From positions 3,051-67,050 of the forward strand of contig CAZVIN010000007.1 in assembly GCA_964627255.1 (NCBI GenBank): a stretch of 64,000 bases of DNA, given 5' to 3'. This stretch comes from an uncultured Eubacteriales bacterium (GTDB lineage Bacteria > Acidobacteriota > Aminicenantia > Aminicenantales > CALLJL01). This document shows, one piece after another, positions 20,149-30,037 of the stretch (the first letter of the stretch is position 1; each line of letters starts with the position of its first letter). The notes under the pieces are model-generated. The model saw nothing but the letters and a program-made list of their open reading frames with translations. It was not told the DNA's origin and ran no database searches. A program made the position numbers and the translations under genes.

Positions 20149-21232
20149 CCGGCGTCTCTTACGAGAAATTGACGGCTTGACTATCGGACTTATCCTCATT
20201 CTGTCGCTTATCGGCGTTCTTTTTATCTACAGCTCTTCTTACTATTTGTCCAGCCAGTACTATGCCAAGCAAATTCTGTTCCTGTTAATAAGCGTGGGGG
20301 GCCTAATTTTGGCCCTGGCGATTGACTATCAGCACCTGCTGATTTTTTCCTTACCAATTTATATTGTGACAAACCTAATATTGCTCGTCACCTTGTTTTT
20401 GAGTCGCCAGATTGCCGGGATGCGAGGCTGGCTGGTTTTCCCCCTTTTCCGCCTTCAGCCCGCTGAAATAGCTAAGGTTGCTCTTATTTTAATCTTAGCC
20501 TCTTTTTTCTCCCAGTATCGACGTGAAAGGCTCACCCTTCAGAGCATTTTGGGCAGTGTTGGTTTGACGGCAGTGCCTTTTTTGTTAGTTCTCTTACAAC
20601 CCGACTTGGGGACCGCGGCCTGCTACCTTCCGTTGCTTCTTGCCTCTCTCTTTTTAGCCGGCTTAAGTCGACGGGCCATGGCTTTATTGTTTATTTTGGT
20701 TTTAATTTTCGGCGCTTTCAGCTGGCATTTTTATCTCAAAGATTATCAAAAAAAAAGATTAATCACAGTCATTGCTCCTTATCAGGACAAGCGGGGCGCC
20801 GGCTACCATCTTCTTCAGTCGAAGATTGCCATTGGCTCTGGCGGCTTCTCAGGTAAAGGTTTCAAGAAAGGAACGCAGAGCCAGCTGCGTTTTCTCCCCG
20901 CCCGACATACCGACTTCATTTTTTCCGTAATTTCTGAGGAGTTTGGTTTTCTCGGAAGCGTGAGTGTTCTTCTCCTGTTTTTCTGGCTAATATGGCGCCT
21001 GCTGCGCGCGGTCGAATTGGCCAGAGATAGAGCCGGCAAGTACATTATTTTTATGGTGGCTTGTCTCATATCCTATGAAACATTGATTAACATCGCCATG
21101 GTTATCGGCTTTTTTCCCGTTGTCGGCATCCCCTTACCTTTTTTAAGCTATGGCGGCTCCTCGCTCTTAACTCATTTTTTGGCTGTGGGTCTGGTGCTTA
21201 ACGTGAGAATGAGGCGGTTGGTTAATGTTTAA
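20141..21232 (+). CDS. rodA: Rod shape-determining protein RodA (SEDS family peptidoglycan polymerase)
   Basis: 363 aa FtsW/RodA/SpoVE family protein. Overlaps mrdA by 8 nt. Confidence 0.9.
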   Translation: MIDRRLLREIDGLTIGLILILSLIGVLFIYSSSYYLSSQYYAKQILFLLISVGGLILALAIDYQHLLIFSLPIYIVTNLILLVTLFLSRQIAGMRGWLVFPLFRLQPAEIAKVALILILASFFSQYRRERLTLQSILGSVGLTAVPFLLVLLQPDLGTAACYLPLLLASLFLAGLSRRAMALLFILVLIFGAFSWHFYLKDYQKKRLITVIAPYQDKRGAGYHLLQSKIAIGSGGFSGKGFKKGTQSQLRFLPARHTDFIFSVISEEFGFLGSVSVLLLFFWLIWRLLRAVELARDRAGKYIIFMVACLISYETLINIAMVIGFFPVVGIPLPFLSYGGSSLLTHFLAVGLVLNVRMRRLVNV

Positions 21233-23780
21233 AAATTACCCTTGGCAGGAGGAGAGAGCCTTCTTTGAATTGCTTCGTTTAGTCCAAAAACCCGGTAGGT
21301 ATACGGGCGGAGAATGGAATAGCTGGCGAAAGGACCCACAACAAGTTAAGACCAAGATAGCCCTGGCTTTTCCCGATGCTTACGAGGTTGGAATGTCCTA
21401 TTTAGGGCAAAAAATTCTTTATGAAATTATCAATTCTCAACCTGACCTTTTAGCCGAAAGAGTTTTTGCCCCTTGGCCGGATATGGAAGCTGAGCTGAGG
21501 CGGCGGGGTTGGCCTCTTTTTACTCTTGAAAACCGTCTCCCCCTCCGCTCGTTTGATATAGTTGGTTTTTCGCTCCTTTACGAGCTAAATTACACTAATA
21601 TTTTAACCATTCTTGACCTCGGCCAGATTCCTTTTCGAACTGAAGCCAGAGATGAAGCCGCGGCCTTAGTCATAGCGGGAGGGCCGGGCGCCTTTAATCC
21701 TGAGCCTTTGGCGCCCTTTTTTGACCTTTTTCTGTTGGGTGATGGAGAAGAGGCGATTTTAGAGATCATTCGGACATATCAAGAGCTACGCGCGGCAGGA
21801 ATGAATCGCCGCTCGCTTCTGAAACATTTAGCCTCGGTGGAAGGAGTTTATGTGCCTTTTTTTTATGAAGCTCGGCGGGGGGCCAATTCTTCTTTGCTGA
21901 CAGTAAAGCCCAAGGAAGACGTCCCCAAGGTCATTCGCAAAAGAATCTTAAGGCAATTTGACCAGGCGCCCTTTCCCATTTCGATCATTGTTCCCCATAT
22001 TGAAATTATTCACGACCGGGTGGCAGTTGAAGTAGCGCGGGGTTGCCCGCAAAAATGCCGTTTTTGTCAGGCCACGAGCCTTTATTTTCCCTTCCGTTTT
22101 CGCGACCCACAAAGAGTTTTAACGACAACTCTTTCCAGCCTGAAAGCAACAGGCTATGAAGATGCTTCCTTAATGGCTCTTTCTATCGGCGATTATCCTT
22201 ATTTTGACGAGCTTATCCAGGCTTTGATGGTGGAATTAGAGAAACGTTACATTTCCCTCTCGCTTTCTTCCCTCAGGCCATCTGGGTTGACCGCAGAGGC
22301 GGTTAAAAATATTGGCCGCGTCCGGAAAACCGGTTTTACCATTGTGCCTGAAGCCGGCAGCGAGCGTTTACGCCGGGTAATCAACAAAAATTTAAGCGAA
22401 GCGGAAGTGCTTCGCGCTGCGGAATTAGCTTTTAGGCATGGCTGGCGAATTTTGAAACTTTATTTCATGTTTGGCCTGCCTACGGAGACTAAGGAGGATT
22501 TAGATGGCATCGTCAAGCTGACGGAAGACGTTCTCGGGTTGGGCCGCAAGATTCTGTGCCGTCCGCCCTTAATTAATTTGAGTCTTTCGCCTTTTATCCC
22601 CAAACCGCATACTCCTTTTCAATGGTTAGCCATGGCGAGTTGTCAAGAATTAGAAGAAAAGTTGGCTTATCTTAAATCCCAGTTGCGCCGCCTTCCTTCG
22701 GTTAAGGTTAAAGACAGGTCAGTCGAAATGGCCCAGTTAGAAGCTATTTTTTCCCGAGGCGACCGTCGCTTGGCCGACGTGTTAGAAAGAGGCTGGAGGA
22801 AAGGGGCGCGGTTTGATAGTTGGGGAGACCGTCTTCAATGGCCTTTGTGGGAAGAGTCTTTTAATTTTCTTGGCTTATCAATCCAGGATTATCTCGGTTC
22901 TTTTGGCCTGGAAGCGGAATTGCCTTGGGATCACTGTCATCTGGGAATTGAAAAGGAATATCTTAAAGAAGAATTGGCTAAAGCCCAAAGGGGGGAAACA
23001 ACTCCTTCTTGTCTCGATAACAAGTGCCGGGAATGTCAGGGTTGTTCTGCTCCTGAACTCTTCAAGCCAAAATTGCCTGAAGCTTCGGCTTGGAAAATAC
23101 CATGGCCAAGCAATAGCATAAAAAGAGCCAAGCCCATTCAGCCGACTTTTCGTTATCTTGTTTTCTATGAGAAAGCTGAAGAAGCCCGCTTCTTAGGGCA
23201 TCTGGATTTTATGAGAACCATATCCCGGGTTCTGCGCCGGGGCGGCATACCGGTAGCCTTTTCTGAGGGCTTTCATCCCAAGATTAAACTTAGCTTTCCG
23301 CCACCTTTGCCTTTAGGCATGGAAGGTTATCGAGAGTGCTTTGAGTTTAAATCCCTTGAACCTTTAGAATCTGGGGCCTTTTTAAACACCACCAACGACC
23401 ACCTTCCCAAAGGGGTCAGGTTCATTGAATTGCGAGTCATCCCAGGGAAAGCTCCAGCTCTTGCGGAGAGACTGGAGGCGGCGATATATTCCCTGTCTCT
23501 GACTTATTTAAGAGCCAATAAAGAATTAAAAGAAAACTCTATCTCCGATGATTCGATTTTTCTCTGGCTTCAGGAAAAGGTCAAAGAAGTCGCTCCTTCC
23601 CTTGACCCGAGGATAAAAGTCTGGTTATCAGCTCCTTTGGATAAGCTTTTTCTTCGTTTTCCCGTGCCTGGAGGCGGCCTCAGACCGCAGGATTTTCTCC
23701 AACAGCACCTTGGTCTGGAGGGAATGGCGTTCTATTTGGCCCGAGAGGGATTCATTTTTAAAGAAGAAAAAGAAAATTGA
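21225..23780 (+). CDS. Radical SAM protein, fusion of TIGR03960-type B12-binding-domain radical SAM and TIGR03936 (DUF2344)-type domains
   Basis: 851 aa with a CxxxCxxC cluster (CPQKCRFC). N-terminus is typical of TIGR03960. The C-terminal approximately 230 aa match the family that is usually a separate adjacent gene. Overlaps the rodA stop. Confidence 0.75.
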   Translation: MFKNYPWQEERAFFELLRLVQKPGRYTGGEWNSWRKDPQQVKTKIALAFPDAYEVGMSYLGQKILYEIINSQPDLLAERVFAPWPDMEAELRRRGWPLFTLENRLPLRSFDIVGFSLLYELNYTNILTILDLGQIPFRTEARDEAAALVIAGGPGAFNPEPLAPFFDLFLLGDGEEAILEIIRTYQELRAAGMNRRSLLKHLASVEGVYVPFFYEARRGANSSLLTVKPKEDVPKVIRKRILRQFDQAPFPISIIVPHIEIIHDRVAVEVARGCPQKCRFCQATSLYFPFRFRDPQRVLTTTLSSLKATGYEDASLMALSIGDYPYFDELIQALMVELEKRYISLSLSSLRPSGLTAEAVKNIGRVRKTGFTIVPEAGSERLRRVINKNLSEAEVLRAAELAFRHGWRILKLYFMFGLPTETKEDLDGIVKLTEDVLGLGRKILCRPPLINLSLSPFIPKPHTPFQWLAMASCQELEEKLAYLKSQLRRLPSVKVKDRSVEMAQLEAIFSRGDRRLADVLERGWRKGARFDSWGDRLQWPLWEESFNFLGLSIQDYLGSFGLEAELPWDHCHLGIEKEYLKEELAKAQRGETTPSCLDNKCRECQGCSAPELFKPKLPEASAWKIPWPSNSIKRAKPIQPTFRYLVFYEKAEEARFLGHLDFMRTISRVLRRGGIPVAFSEGFHPKIKLSFPPPLPLGMEGYRECFEFKSLEPLESGAFLNTTNDHLPKGVRFIELRVIPGKAPALAERLEAAIYSLSLTYLRANKELKENSISDDSIFLWLQEKVKEVAPSLDPRIKVWLSAPLDKLFLRFPVPGGGLRPQDFLQQHLGLEGMAFYLAREGFIFKEEKEN

Positions 23781-23851
23781 CATCCTTTGCAAATTAAAAT
23801 ATAAGCGAAAACTATGATTATCTAAGCTTAGACTGGTGAAAGGAGGTTAAA

Positions 23852-25000
23852 GTGATTGATTTTAGTCTAACAGAAGAACAACAGGCTCTCCAAGCGATGG
23901 CCAAAGAATTTGCCCTTAAAGAAATGAGGCCGAACGCCGCCCGTTACGACCGGGGCGATGCCTTTCCTCAGGAGATAATGGAAAAGGCCTTTGCCGCTGG
24001 GTTTTTGACTTGTAACATCCCTGAAGAATACGGTGGCGGAGGGTTGGGTGACGTTGACACCGTCGTGGTGAGCGAGGAATTAGCCGCCGGTTGTGCAGGC
24101 ATGTTTACCACCATCATGGCTAACGCGCTGGCTTTTACGCCCATTATTCTTTTCGGAACAGACGAACAGAAGAAGAAATTTCTCGCGCCCTTTACTAAAG
24201 AGATGGGCTTTGCTTCTTTTTGCTTAACAGAAAGGGAGGCTGGTTCAGATGCCGGGTCTTTAAAAACCAAGGCCGAGAAAAAAGGCTCGGAATATATAAT
24301 TAACGGGTCTAAGTGTTTTATCACCAACGGCGGAATAGCTCGGCTTTATGTCGTTTTTGCTCTCACCGACCCTGAAAAAGGAGCCCGGGGGATAAGTGCC
24401 TTTATTGTGCCTCGAGATACGCCGGGAATAGTTATCGGCAAAGAAGAGGATAAGTTGGGCCACAGAGCGTCGAACACAGTTGAGATGTTTTTTGAGGATG
24501 TGCGCGTCCCGCAGGAAAATCTTTTAGGCAAAGAAGGCCTCGGTTTTATAGTGGCGATGAGAACTTTGGATAAAACCAGAGTTTCGGTGGGTGCGGCGGG
24601 AGTAGGGGTGGCTAAGGCGGCACTCGAATATGCTATCGACTATGCTAAAACCAGAGCTCAATTCGGTAAACCCATAGCTACCTTTCAGCATATTGCCTTC
24701 AAGATTGCCCAAATGGCCATGGAGGTCAACGCTGCCCGCCAGCTGGTTTATTATGCCGCCTGGTTAGCTGACCAGGGAAAACCCTGTGGAAAAGAATCCG
24801 CGATGGCTAAGTGCTTTGGTTCTGATGTGGCCATGAATACAACGATTGATTGCCTGCAGATTTTTGGCGGCTATGGCTATATGAAAGATTATCCGATGGA
24901 AAAGTTAATGCGCGATGCTAAACTTCTCCAGATTTATGAAGGCACTAACGAGATCCAGCGTTTAATTATTTCTCGAGAAGTTATCGGGCCGATTAAATAA
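23852..25000 (+). CDS. Acyl-CoA dehydrogenase (short/branched-chain type)
   Basis: 382 aa. GTG start after an AAAGGAGG RBS. ACAD N/M/C domains with a catalytic Glu near the C-terminus (YEGTNEIQ). Confidence 0.88.
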   Translation: MIDFSLTEEQQALQAMAKEFALKEMRPNAARYDRGDAFPQEIMEKAFAAGFLTCNIPEEYGGGGLGDVDTVVVSEELAAGCAGMFTTIMANALAFTPIILFGTDEQKKKFLAPFTKEMGFASFCLTEREAGSDAGSLKTKAEKKGSEYIINGSKCFITNGGIARLYVVFALTDPEKGARGISAFIVPRDTPGIVIGKEEDKLGHRASNTVEMFFEDVRVPQENLLGKEGLGFIVAMRTLDKTRVSVGAAGVGVAKAALEYAIDYAKTRAQFGKPIATFQHIAFKIAQMAMEVNAARQLVYYAAWLADQGKPCGKESAMAKCFGSDVAMNTTIDCLQIFGGYGYMKDYPMEKLMRDAKLLQIYEGTNEIQRLIISREVIGPIK

Positions 25001-25114
25001 CCCAAAGATTCGAAATTCAGTATTTATAAGCTGATTTTCAGAATTAAAAATAAGAAGAGGATTAACCGCCAAGTTAATGACTTCTCCCTAAGGAAAGGGG
25101 AGCTAATTTGGTCT

Positions 25115-25513
25115 TTAGTTGGTTGTCTCTTCTGTAAAATACTCAGGAATAAGACCCAGGGTTTCGACGCCCGCCCCTTTAGCAATATCAATTAGCTCCA
25201 TAATGCGGACAAAGGGGAGTTTAGCATCAGCCCGGATGAAGATCGTCTTGTCTTGTCGCGTCGAATAAATTGTCCTTAGCCTATCCTGGAGCATATTTAA
25301 GTCGATCTGCTCCTGGTTAATCATTACCGAGAGGTCCTTTTTCAGCGTCAGAACAATCAGACCAGAGGGAACTCCACCCCCTGTATCCTGGGCAGTTTCG
25401 GGCAACTTGACGTCAATTCCTTTTTGGACCATGGGAGTAATAACCATGAAGATGATGAGCAGAACGAGAAGAACATCGCACAGGGGAACGACGTTAGGTT
25501 CGGCCTTAGCCAT
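25115..25513 (-). CDS. exbD: Biopolymer transport protein ExbD/TolR
   Basis: 132 aa with one N-terminal TM segment (VVPLCDVLLVLLIIFMV) and an ExbD/TolR periplasmic domain. No exbB/tolQ is adjacent. Confidence 0.8.
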   Translation of the reverse strand: MAKAEPNVVPLCDVLLVLLIIFMVITPMVQKGIDVKLPETAQDTGGGVPSGLIVLTLKKDLSVMINQEQIDLNMLQDRLRTIYSTRQDKTIFIRADAKLPFVRIMELIDIAKGAGVETLGLIPEYFTEETTN

Positions 25514-25661
25514 TCTTGCCTCCTTATTTTCGGGCTTGGTCTTTAATTTTAAGCCAAATCACGACGCTTTGTCAACTAATCCGCGGCTCATCCGCTGATA
25601 ATTGCCTTTTTTTCGCTGACACGTTATAGTGAAAAGATAAATCAGGAGATAAGGAGGAGGG

Positions 25662-25934
25662 ATGAGAGAGCTTAAAGTCGAAGTGGCTGAAATTAAGGAG
25701 CGTTGCGGCGCCAAGCATAAAGTTGGGGACCATTTTTATATTCGCGGCGAAGGAACAATCGAGATTCCCAAGGGAAAACGCGTTTGCCTTTTTGCTCTGA
25801 ATAGCCTTTTTCCCTTCCTGACGGCTAAGCAAAGGGAGGACGAGCTGCCCGATGATGATTGGATTGCGGAGACAGAGTACCTAACTTGTCCTGACCCGAA
25901 AGGAGTGGTTTTTAGGGTAACCTGCCTCGGTTGA
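25662..25934 (+). CDS. TIGR04076 family small protein
   Basis: 90 aa with a Cys pattern and a C-terminal TCPDPKGVVFRV motif matching TIGR04076. AAGGAGGAGGG RBS. Confidence 0.6.
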   Translation: MRELKVEVAEIKERCGAKHKVGDHFYIRGEGTIEIPKGKRVCLFALNSLFPFLTAKQREDELPDDDWIAETEYLTCPDPKGVVFRVTCLG

Positions 25935-25956
25935 AGCCGAAATATCTGTCAAAAAC

Positions 25957-27000
25957 TCAACCAGCCAGAGTCAGGCGCTTTATCGTCTCTTCCCAATTTA
26001 TTTTAGCGGTATAGGCTATAGCTTGCTGACCCATTTTCTCGGCCAAGGAGGCATCGCTCATAATTTTTTCTAAGGAGAGGGCGATGGAATCTGGGTCGGG
26101 TGGCACTACTAACCCCGCTCCCGAAGCTGAAACCAGCTCCACTGGGCCGCCGCTATCAGTACAGGTAATAACTGGCTTGCCCGAGGCAAAAGCTTCGATA
26201 GTCACCAAGCCATAATCTTCCTGGTAGGGGCCAAAAAAGACTGCTCGGCATTCAGCATAAGCTTGAAGCAAAGAGGCCTCGTCAGCCCAGCCAGAGAAAA
26301 AGACTCTTTCTTCCAGGCTCAGCTCCCTAACTAAGCGCTCGAGGGTGGTTCTTTCTGGGCCGTCACCGATAATTTTTAATTGGTACCCCGAAGCGCCGCC
26401 TCGGGCCAGAGCGTAGATAAGCTGGTCAAGCCGTTTGAGCTTATCAAGCCGGGAAACGGTTAGGATAAAATCTCCGTATTTTTCAGTTCGGTAAGGCCGC
26501 TGGGGGGGCGGTGGATAGAGAACTTCTGAAACGAGTTGACCCCATTTTTGAAGCCTATCTTGGATGGTTCTGGATTGAGCAAATATTTTGGTTACTCGGT
26601 GCTTCAGCAGATAATTATCGATACGATGGATGACCCAGCGTTTTATCTTTTCCTTTACTCTCTTTGCAACCGAAAGAGTCGCTGACCAATTAGTCCATAA
26701 ATCGTAATATTCTCGGAAACGATGATTGAGCCAGTTGATGTGAACAGGATGGTACACAGCATAGCTTGGATAGCGGAAAGAGATAACTTGCTCAATCGGC
26801 CGGCCCAAACCATCCTCTCTCAAGTCAGTTAGCCAATTGGCCGCATAAGCCTGGAAAACTCGGCTGAACCGGTTTTGAGGAGTCAAAATTAGCTCTGCCT
26901 CGTGACCATATTCGCGGAGAGCCCTGACCGTAGAGCGAGCGATAATTAAATGACCGCCTTCGACAAAAGGAACATGAGAGGTGACAACGGCAATTTTCAT
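25957..27000 (-). CDS. Glycosyltransferase family 4 (GT-B fold)
   Basis: 347 aa. N-terminal KIAVVTS...GG and C-terminal EAFASGKPVI motifs. Confidence 0.8.
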   Translation of the reverse strand: MKIAVVTSHVPFVEGGHLIIARSTVRALREYGHEAELILTPQNRFSRVFQAYAANWLTDLREDGLGRPIEQVISFRYPSYAVYHPVHINWLNHRFREYYDLWTNWSATLSVAKRVKEKIKRWVIHRIDNYLLKHRVTKIFAQSRTIQDRLQKWGQLVSEVLYPPPPQRPYRTEKYGDFILTVSRLDKLKRLDQLIYALARGGASGYQLKIIGDGPERTTLERLVRELSLEERVFFSGWADEASLLQAYAECRAVFFGPYQEDYGLVTIEAFASGKPVITCTDSGGPVELVSASGAGLVVPPDPDSIALSLEKIMSDASLAEKMGQQAIAYTAKINWEETIKRLTLAG

Positions 27001-27137
27001 GGCGAAAATTAAAGATGGCGAGGGGTAAAAAAGAAAGGGGTTAGAACAAAAACTAATTGAGGCGAGAAGGAGACATAAAGAGCGCCGAATCGTAACTTAA
27101 CAAAGAACTGAGTAAAAAATGAAAGCCAGACTAACAT

Positions 27138-27533
27138 CTATTGCAGAGTCTGGAGAGCTTTTTTATGGCGGTTAGTTTTAAAAACGAGCAAGGCTTTGCC
27201 CAGACCAGCTGAAGTTCCGTAGCAATAATGGATATCAATGGCCGCATTGCCGAGGAGAGCGCCGATTTCGGCCCCGGCTCCTACCCGGTCGCCGATTTCG
27301 CAGGTAATAACTTTTTGGAGTCGGACTTTATAGCCCAGAGATTTAAGGCACTTTTGGGCCAGAGGATTGTTGGAGGTGATGAGATGAAAGATGCCCTTGT
27401 CTCCGTCCGCATAAGCCCAGAGAGCAATGAGGTTAACTCCGGCGTTGGCAAGTGTGCTTAACACCCGGCCTAAAATACCTGGTTCGTTGGGAGTTATAAC
27501 ATAAAGCTCAGATTCTTCCTTAACCTGATACAC
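27138..27533 (-). CDS. ACT domain-containing protein (tandem ACT, COG4747-like)
   Basis: 131 aa with two ACT-like beta-alpha-beta-beta-alpha-beta units. Confidence 0.6.
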   Translation of the reverse strand: MYQVKEESELYVITPNEPGILGRVLSTLANAGVNLIALWAYADGDKGIFHLITSNNPLAQKCLKSLGYKVRLQKVITCEIGDRVGAGAEIGALLGNAAIDIHYCYGTSAGLGKALLVFKTNRHKKALQTLQ

Positions 27534-27680
27534 CTTCGGGCCTCCTGAAAACTTGCCCCATTATATCAAAAACAACCAATTGAACTCAAAAGATTTTATA
27601 GCTATTATAGAAAACCGTACTTACTTCAGGTTAGACAAATAAAATAAAAACTAATATGACCCAAGTCAAGGAGAAAGAGA

Positions 27681-28367
27681 ATGGTAAAGGAGCCTAAGGT
27701 AGCCATTATTGACAACTCCCTCTATCCCGACCTCTATAATCCAGTTGACCACTGGAAAAAATTCCTGCCGGTGCCTTTTAAAGCCTTTCGGGCTCCAGAG
27801 AGCGAACTCCCTGACCTGGAGGCAGGGTTTACTCATTTCATATTAACTGGTTCAGAGGCCTCGATTGTCGAGAGAGAAAATTGGGTAACCCGAGAGGTGG
27901 CCTTCGTCCAGGAAGTTTACAAGCGAAACTTAGCGCTTCTTGGCAGCTGTTATGGACATCAGCTCTTGGCCTTAGCCTTGGGGGGTGAAGAATACGTGCG
28001 ACGTTGTCCTCATCCTGAGGTAGGCTGGATTAGTATTAAGACCTTAGTTAAACATCCCCTTTTTAACGGGCAGGAAGAGTTTTTTGCCTTTTCCATCCAT
28101 TTTGATGAGGTCGTAAACCTGCGGCCGCCGTTTCGGCCTCTGGCCTCGACTGAAGCTTGCCCAGTTCAGGCTATGGAGGTTGAAGGAAGAAGAGTCTGGG
28201 GAATTCAATCCCATCCAGAGATATCTATCCCCGAAGCCCAAGATTTTTTAAAGAAACTCGTCGACCGCGGCTGGCCCCATCGGCACCTTTATGAGCTCGT
28301 TTTACAGATGACCCCTCAAGATTCGGGGGTAATTGAAGCGATAATCGCCTTCTTTTTAAGCCATTAA
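27681..28367 (+). CDS. Class I glutamine amidotransferase-like protein
   Basis: 228 aa with a GSCYGHQLLA nucleophile elbow and a downstream HPE. GAGAAAGAG RBS. Confidence 0.75.
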   Translation: MVKEPKVAIIDNSLYPDLYNPVDHWKKFLPVPFKAFRAPESELPDLEAGFTHFILTGSEASIVERENWVTREVAFVQEVYKRNLALLGSCYGHQLLALALGGEEYVRRCPHPEVGWISIKTLVKHPLFNGQEEFFAFSIHFDEVVNLRPPFRPLASTEACPVQAMEVEGRRVWGIQSHPEISIPEAQDFLKKLVDRGWPHRHLYELVLQMTPQDSGVIEAIIAFFLSH

Positions 28368-28487
28368 AGGCTATTTAATTTAAAAAATGTGCAGTTTTTC
28401 TTGACAAAGGCGGGCGGTTTTATCTAATCTTAGTAATGAAATAGCTCTTTCCTAAAAACAATTTTATGCAAAGCGAGGAGGTGTTTG

Positions 28488-29945
28488 ATGAAAAGAAGAT
28501 GTTTGGTTTTTGCTGTCATTGTTGCCCTTCTCCTAACCTCGGTCGCCGGATTCGCTCAACCTAAGAAGTTAAAGAGTATTGGCCGTTATACCTTTGTTCG
28601 CATAAGAGGCGCTGTGCCCACTCAGGAAGTGATGAAGCGTCTGGTTGACCTCTACGCTGGTGATATCAAGTATGGTTTTGACTTGGCCGGCTATGGCGAC
28701 CTTTACCTGCCCTTTCTTGAACAGCTTAAAACTTCGACCTTTGAAGAAAAATCTTTGCCCGTAGGCGACAGACTTATGTGGATGCTTTTTCGCTCCCAGG
28801 GCAAAGTGAAACTCGTTACCGACGTGGAATGGGCTGGCCAGAAGCCGCTGGATGTTTTTTCCTTCTACGTGGTTAAGGATTGGAAAAAATACGAATTTGT
28901 TATGCCCAAGCCTTGCGGCAACATTTCTTTAAGAAAAATTGAGGAAGTTCCTCCACCGGAAGCGGTCTGTAGCCTTGTTGTTTCTCCGGCCAAAATCAAT
29001 ATTAAGGATAAAGTGACTATCGATATGAGTGGGACTCGAAACGCGAAAGCGATGACGGTTGATGTCTTTGGTCCTGATGGGGCTAAAATCGCCACCCACA
29101 AATTGACGCCCGAAGCGGCTAAAATTACCCTAACCCTGGATAAGCCTGGCGATTACCGCTTCCAGGGAGGAGCCGTTAATCTAATTGATAAACCGTCCGT
29201 TAACCCCTGCGAAGCTAAGGTCCATGTTAATTTCCCGCCCGTTTGTAAACTCACTATCTCCTGCCAGCCTTGCCTTAACTATGTCGGCCGTCCCATTGCT
29301 TTTGATGCTTCGGAGTCTTATGACCCGGATGGCGAGGTAGTTCGAGCTAATTTTGAGATTACCGACCAGGCCGGTAACCCGGTCGATAAGTTCAGCGACA
29401 GCGATAAACCTTTTACCTGGGAAAAGGTCTTTTTAAAACCCGGAACTTATGCTGTAACTTGCGTAGTTACGGATGATTTCGGCGCTGTTTCTGAGCCTCA
29501 AAGGATCGTCTTTGAGGTAACCCAAAAAAGAAGCTTTGTCCTGGTTGACGGCGGGCCGCTTTTTGCGAAGGGAAGCCATGGGCCATACTTTGATGTTCGA
29601 GCGGGCTTCTTCTATAAAATTATCCCCGACCGACTGTCGATTCTGTTGAGGGGCGGCGGCGCTCTGGCGCTTAAAGGTGACCCCTGGAAATCTTTTGTTC
29701 TGGCTGATGTTCTGCTGAATGTTCACTCTGGTCCTGCCTTCTTTGGGGCCGGTCTTGGTTTCTCCACTAAAGCCAGAGCTGACCAGAAAGGAGCCGCGGA
29801 GCTGGTAGGCGAGGTAGGGGCTGATGTCTTTAATCATTTTAATTCCATGGGCTCACTTTTCTTTGAAGCCAGAGGGGCGTTAGGCGAGGGACGTTCCTTC
29901 TCCAAGAATCATAAATTCTTGCTTGGTTTTCGCCTTCTCTTTTAA
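28488..29945 (+). CDS. PKD domain-containing outer membrane protein
   Basis: Signal peptide, a central PKD domain (FDASESYDPDG ... TYAVTCVVTDDFG), a C-terminal amphipathic beta-strand region ending in LLF. ATG at 28488 after a GAGGAGG RBS. Confidence 0.7.
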   Translation: MKRRCLVFAVIVALLLTSVAGFAQPKKLKSIGRYTFVRIRGAVPTQEVMKRLVDLYAGDIKYGFDLAGYGDLYLPFLEQLKTSTFEEKSLPVGDRLMWMLFRSQGKVKLVTDVEWAGQKPLDVFSFYVVKDWKKYEFVMPKPCGNISLRKIEEVPPPEAVCSLVVSPAKINIKDKVTIDMSGTRNAKAMTVDVFGPDGAKIATHKLTPEAAKITLTLDKPGDYRFQGGAVNLIDKPSVNPCEAKVHVNFPPVCKLTISCQPCLNYVGRPIAFDASESYDPDGEVVRANFEITDQAGNPVDKFSDSDKPFTWEKVFLKPGTYAVTCVVTDDFGAVSEPQRIVFEVTQKRSFVLVDGGPLFAKGSHGPYFDVRAGFFYKIIPDRLSILLRGGGALALKGDPWKSFVLADVLLNVHSGPAFFGAGLGFSTKARADQKGAAELVGEVGADVFNHFNSMGSLFFEARGALGEGRSFSKNHKFLLGFRLLF

Positions 29946-29961
29946 GGGTTAAAGTCAGACC

Positions 29962-29995
29962 AAAAAAGGCCGGCCCAAAAGCCGGCCTTTTTTTA
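29962..29995. terminator. Bidirectional rho-independent terminator between convergent genes
   Basis: A6-GGCCGGC-ccaaaa-GCCGGCC-T8 hairpin read directly from the sequence. Confidence 0.85.
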
Positions 29996-30037
29996 TCTTC
30001 CAGGTTGGCTCTTTTGCCAAAAAAAGAAATTGCGCCG

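Noticed and set aside
20746-20754. A9 homopolymer inside rodA
   Set aside because: It encodes KKK(R) in-frame in an essential gene. It is a slippage-prone sequence but the ORF is intact, so it is not treated as a contingency locus.
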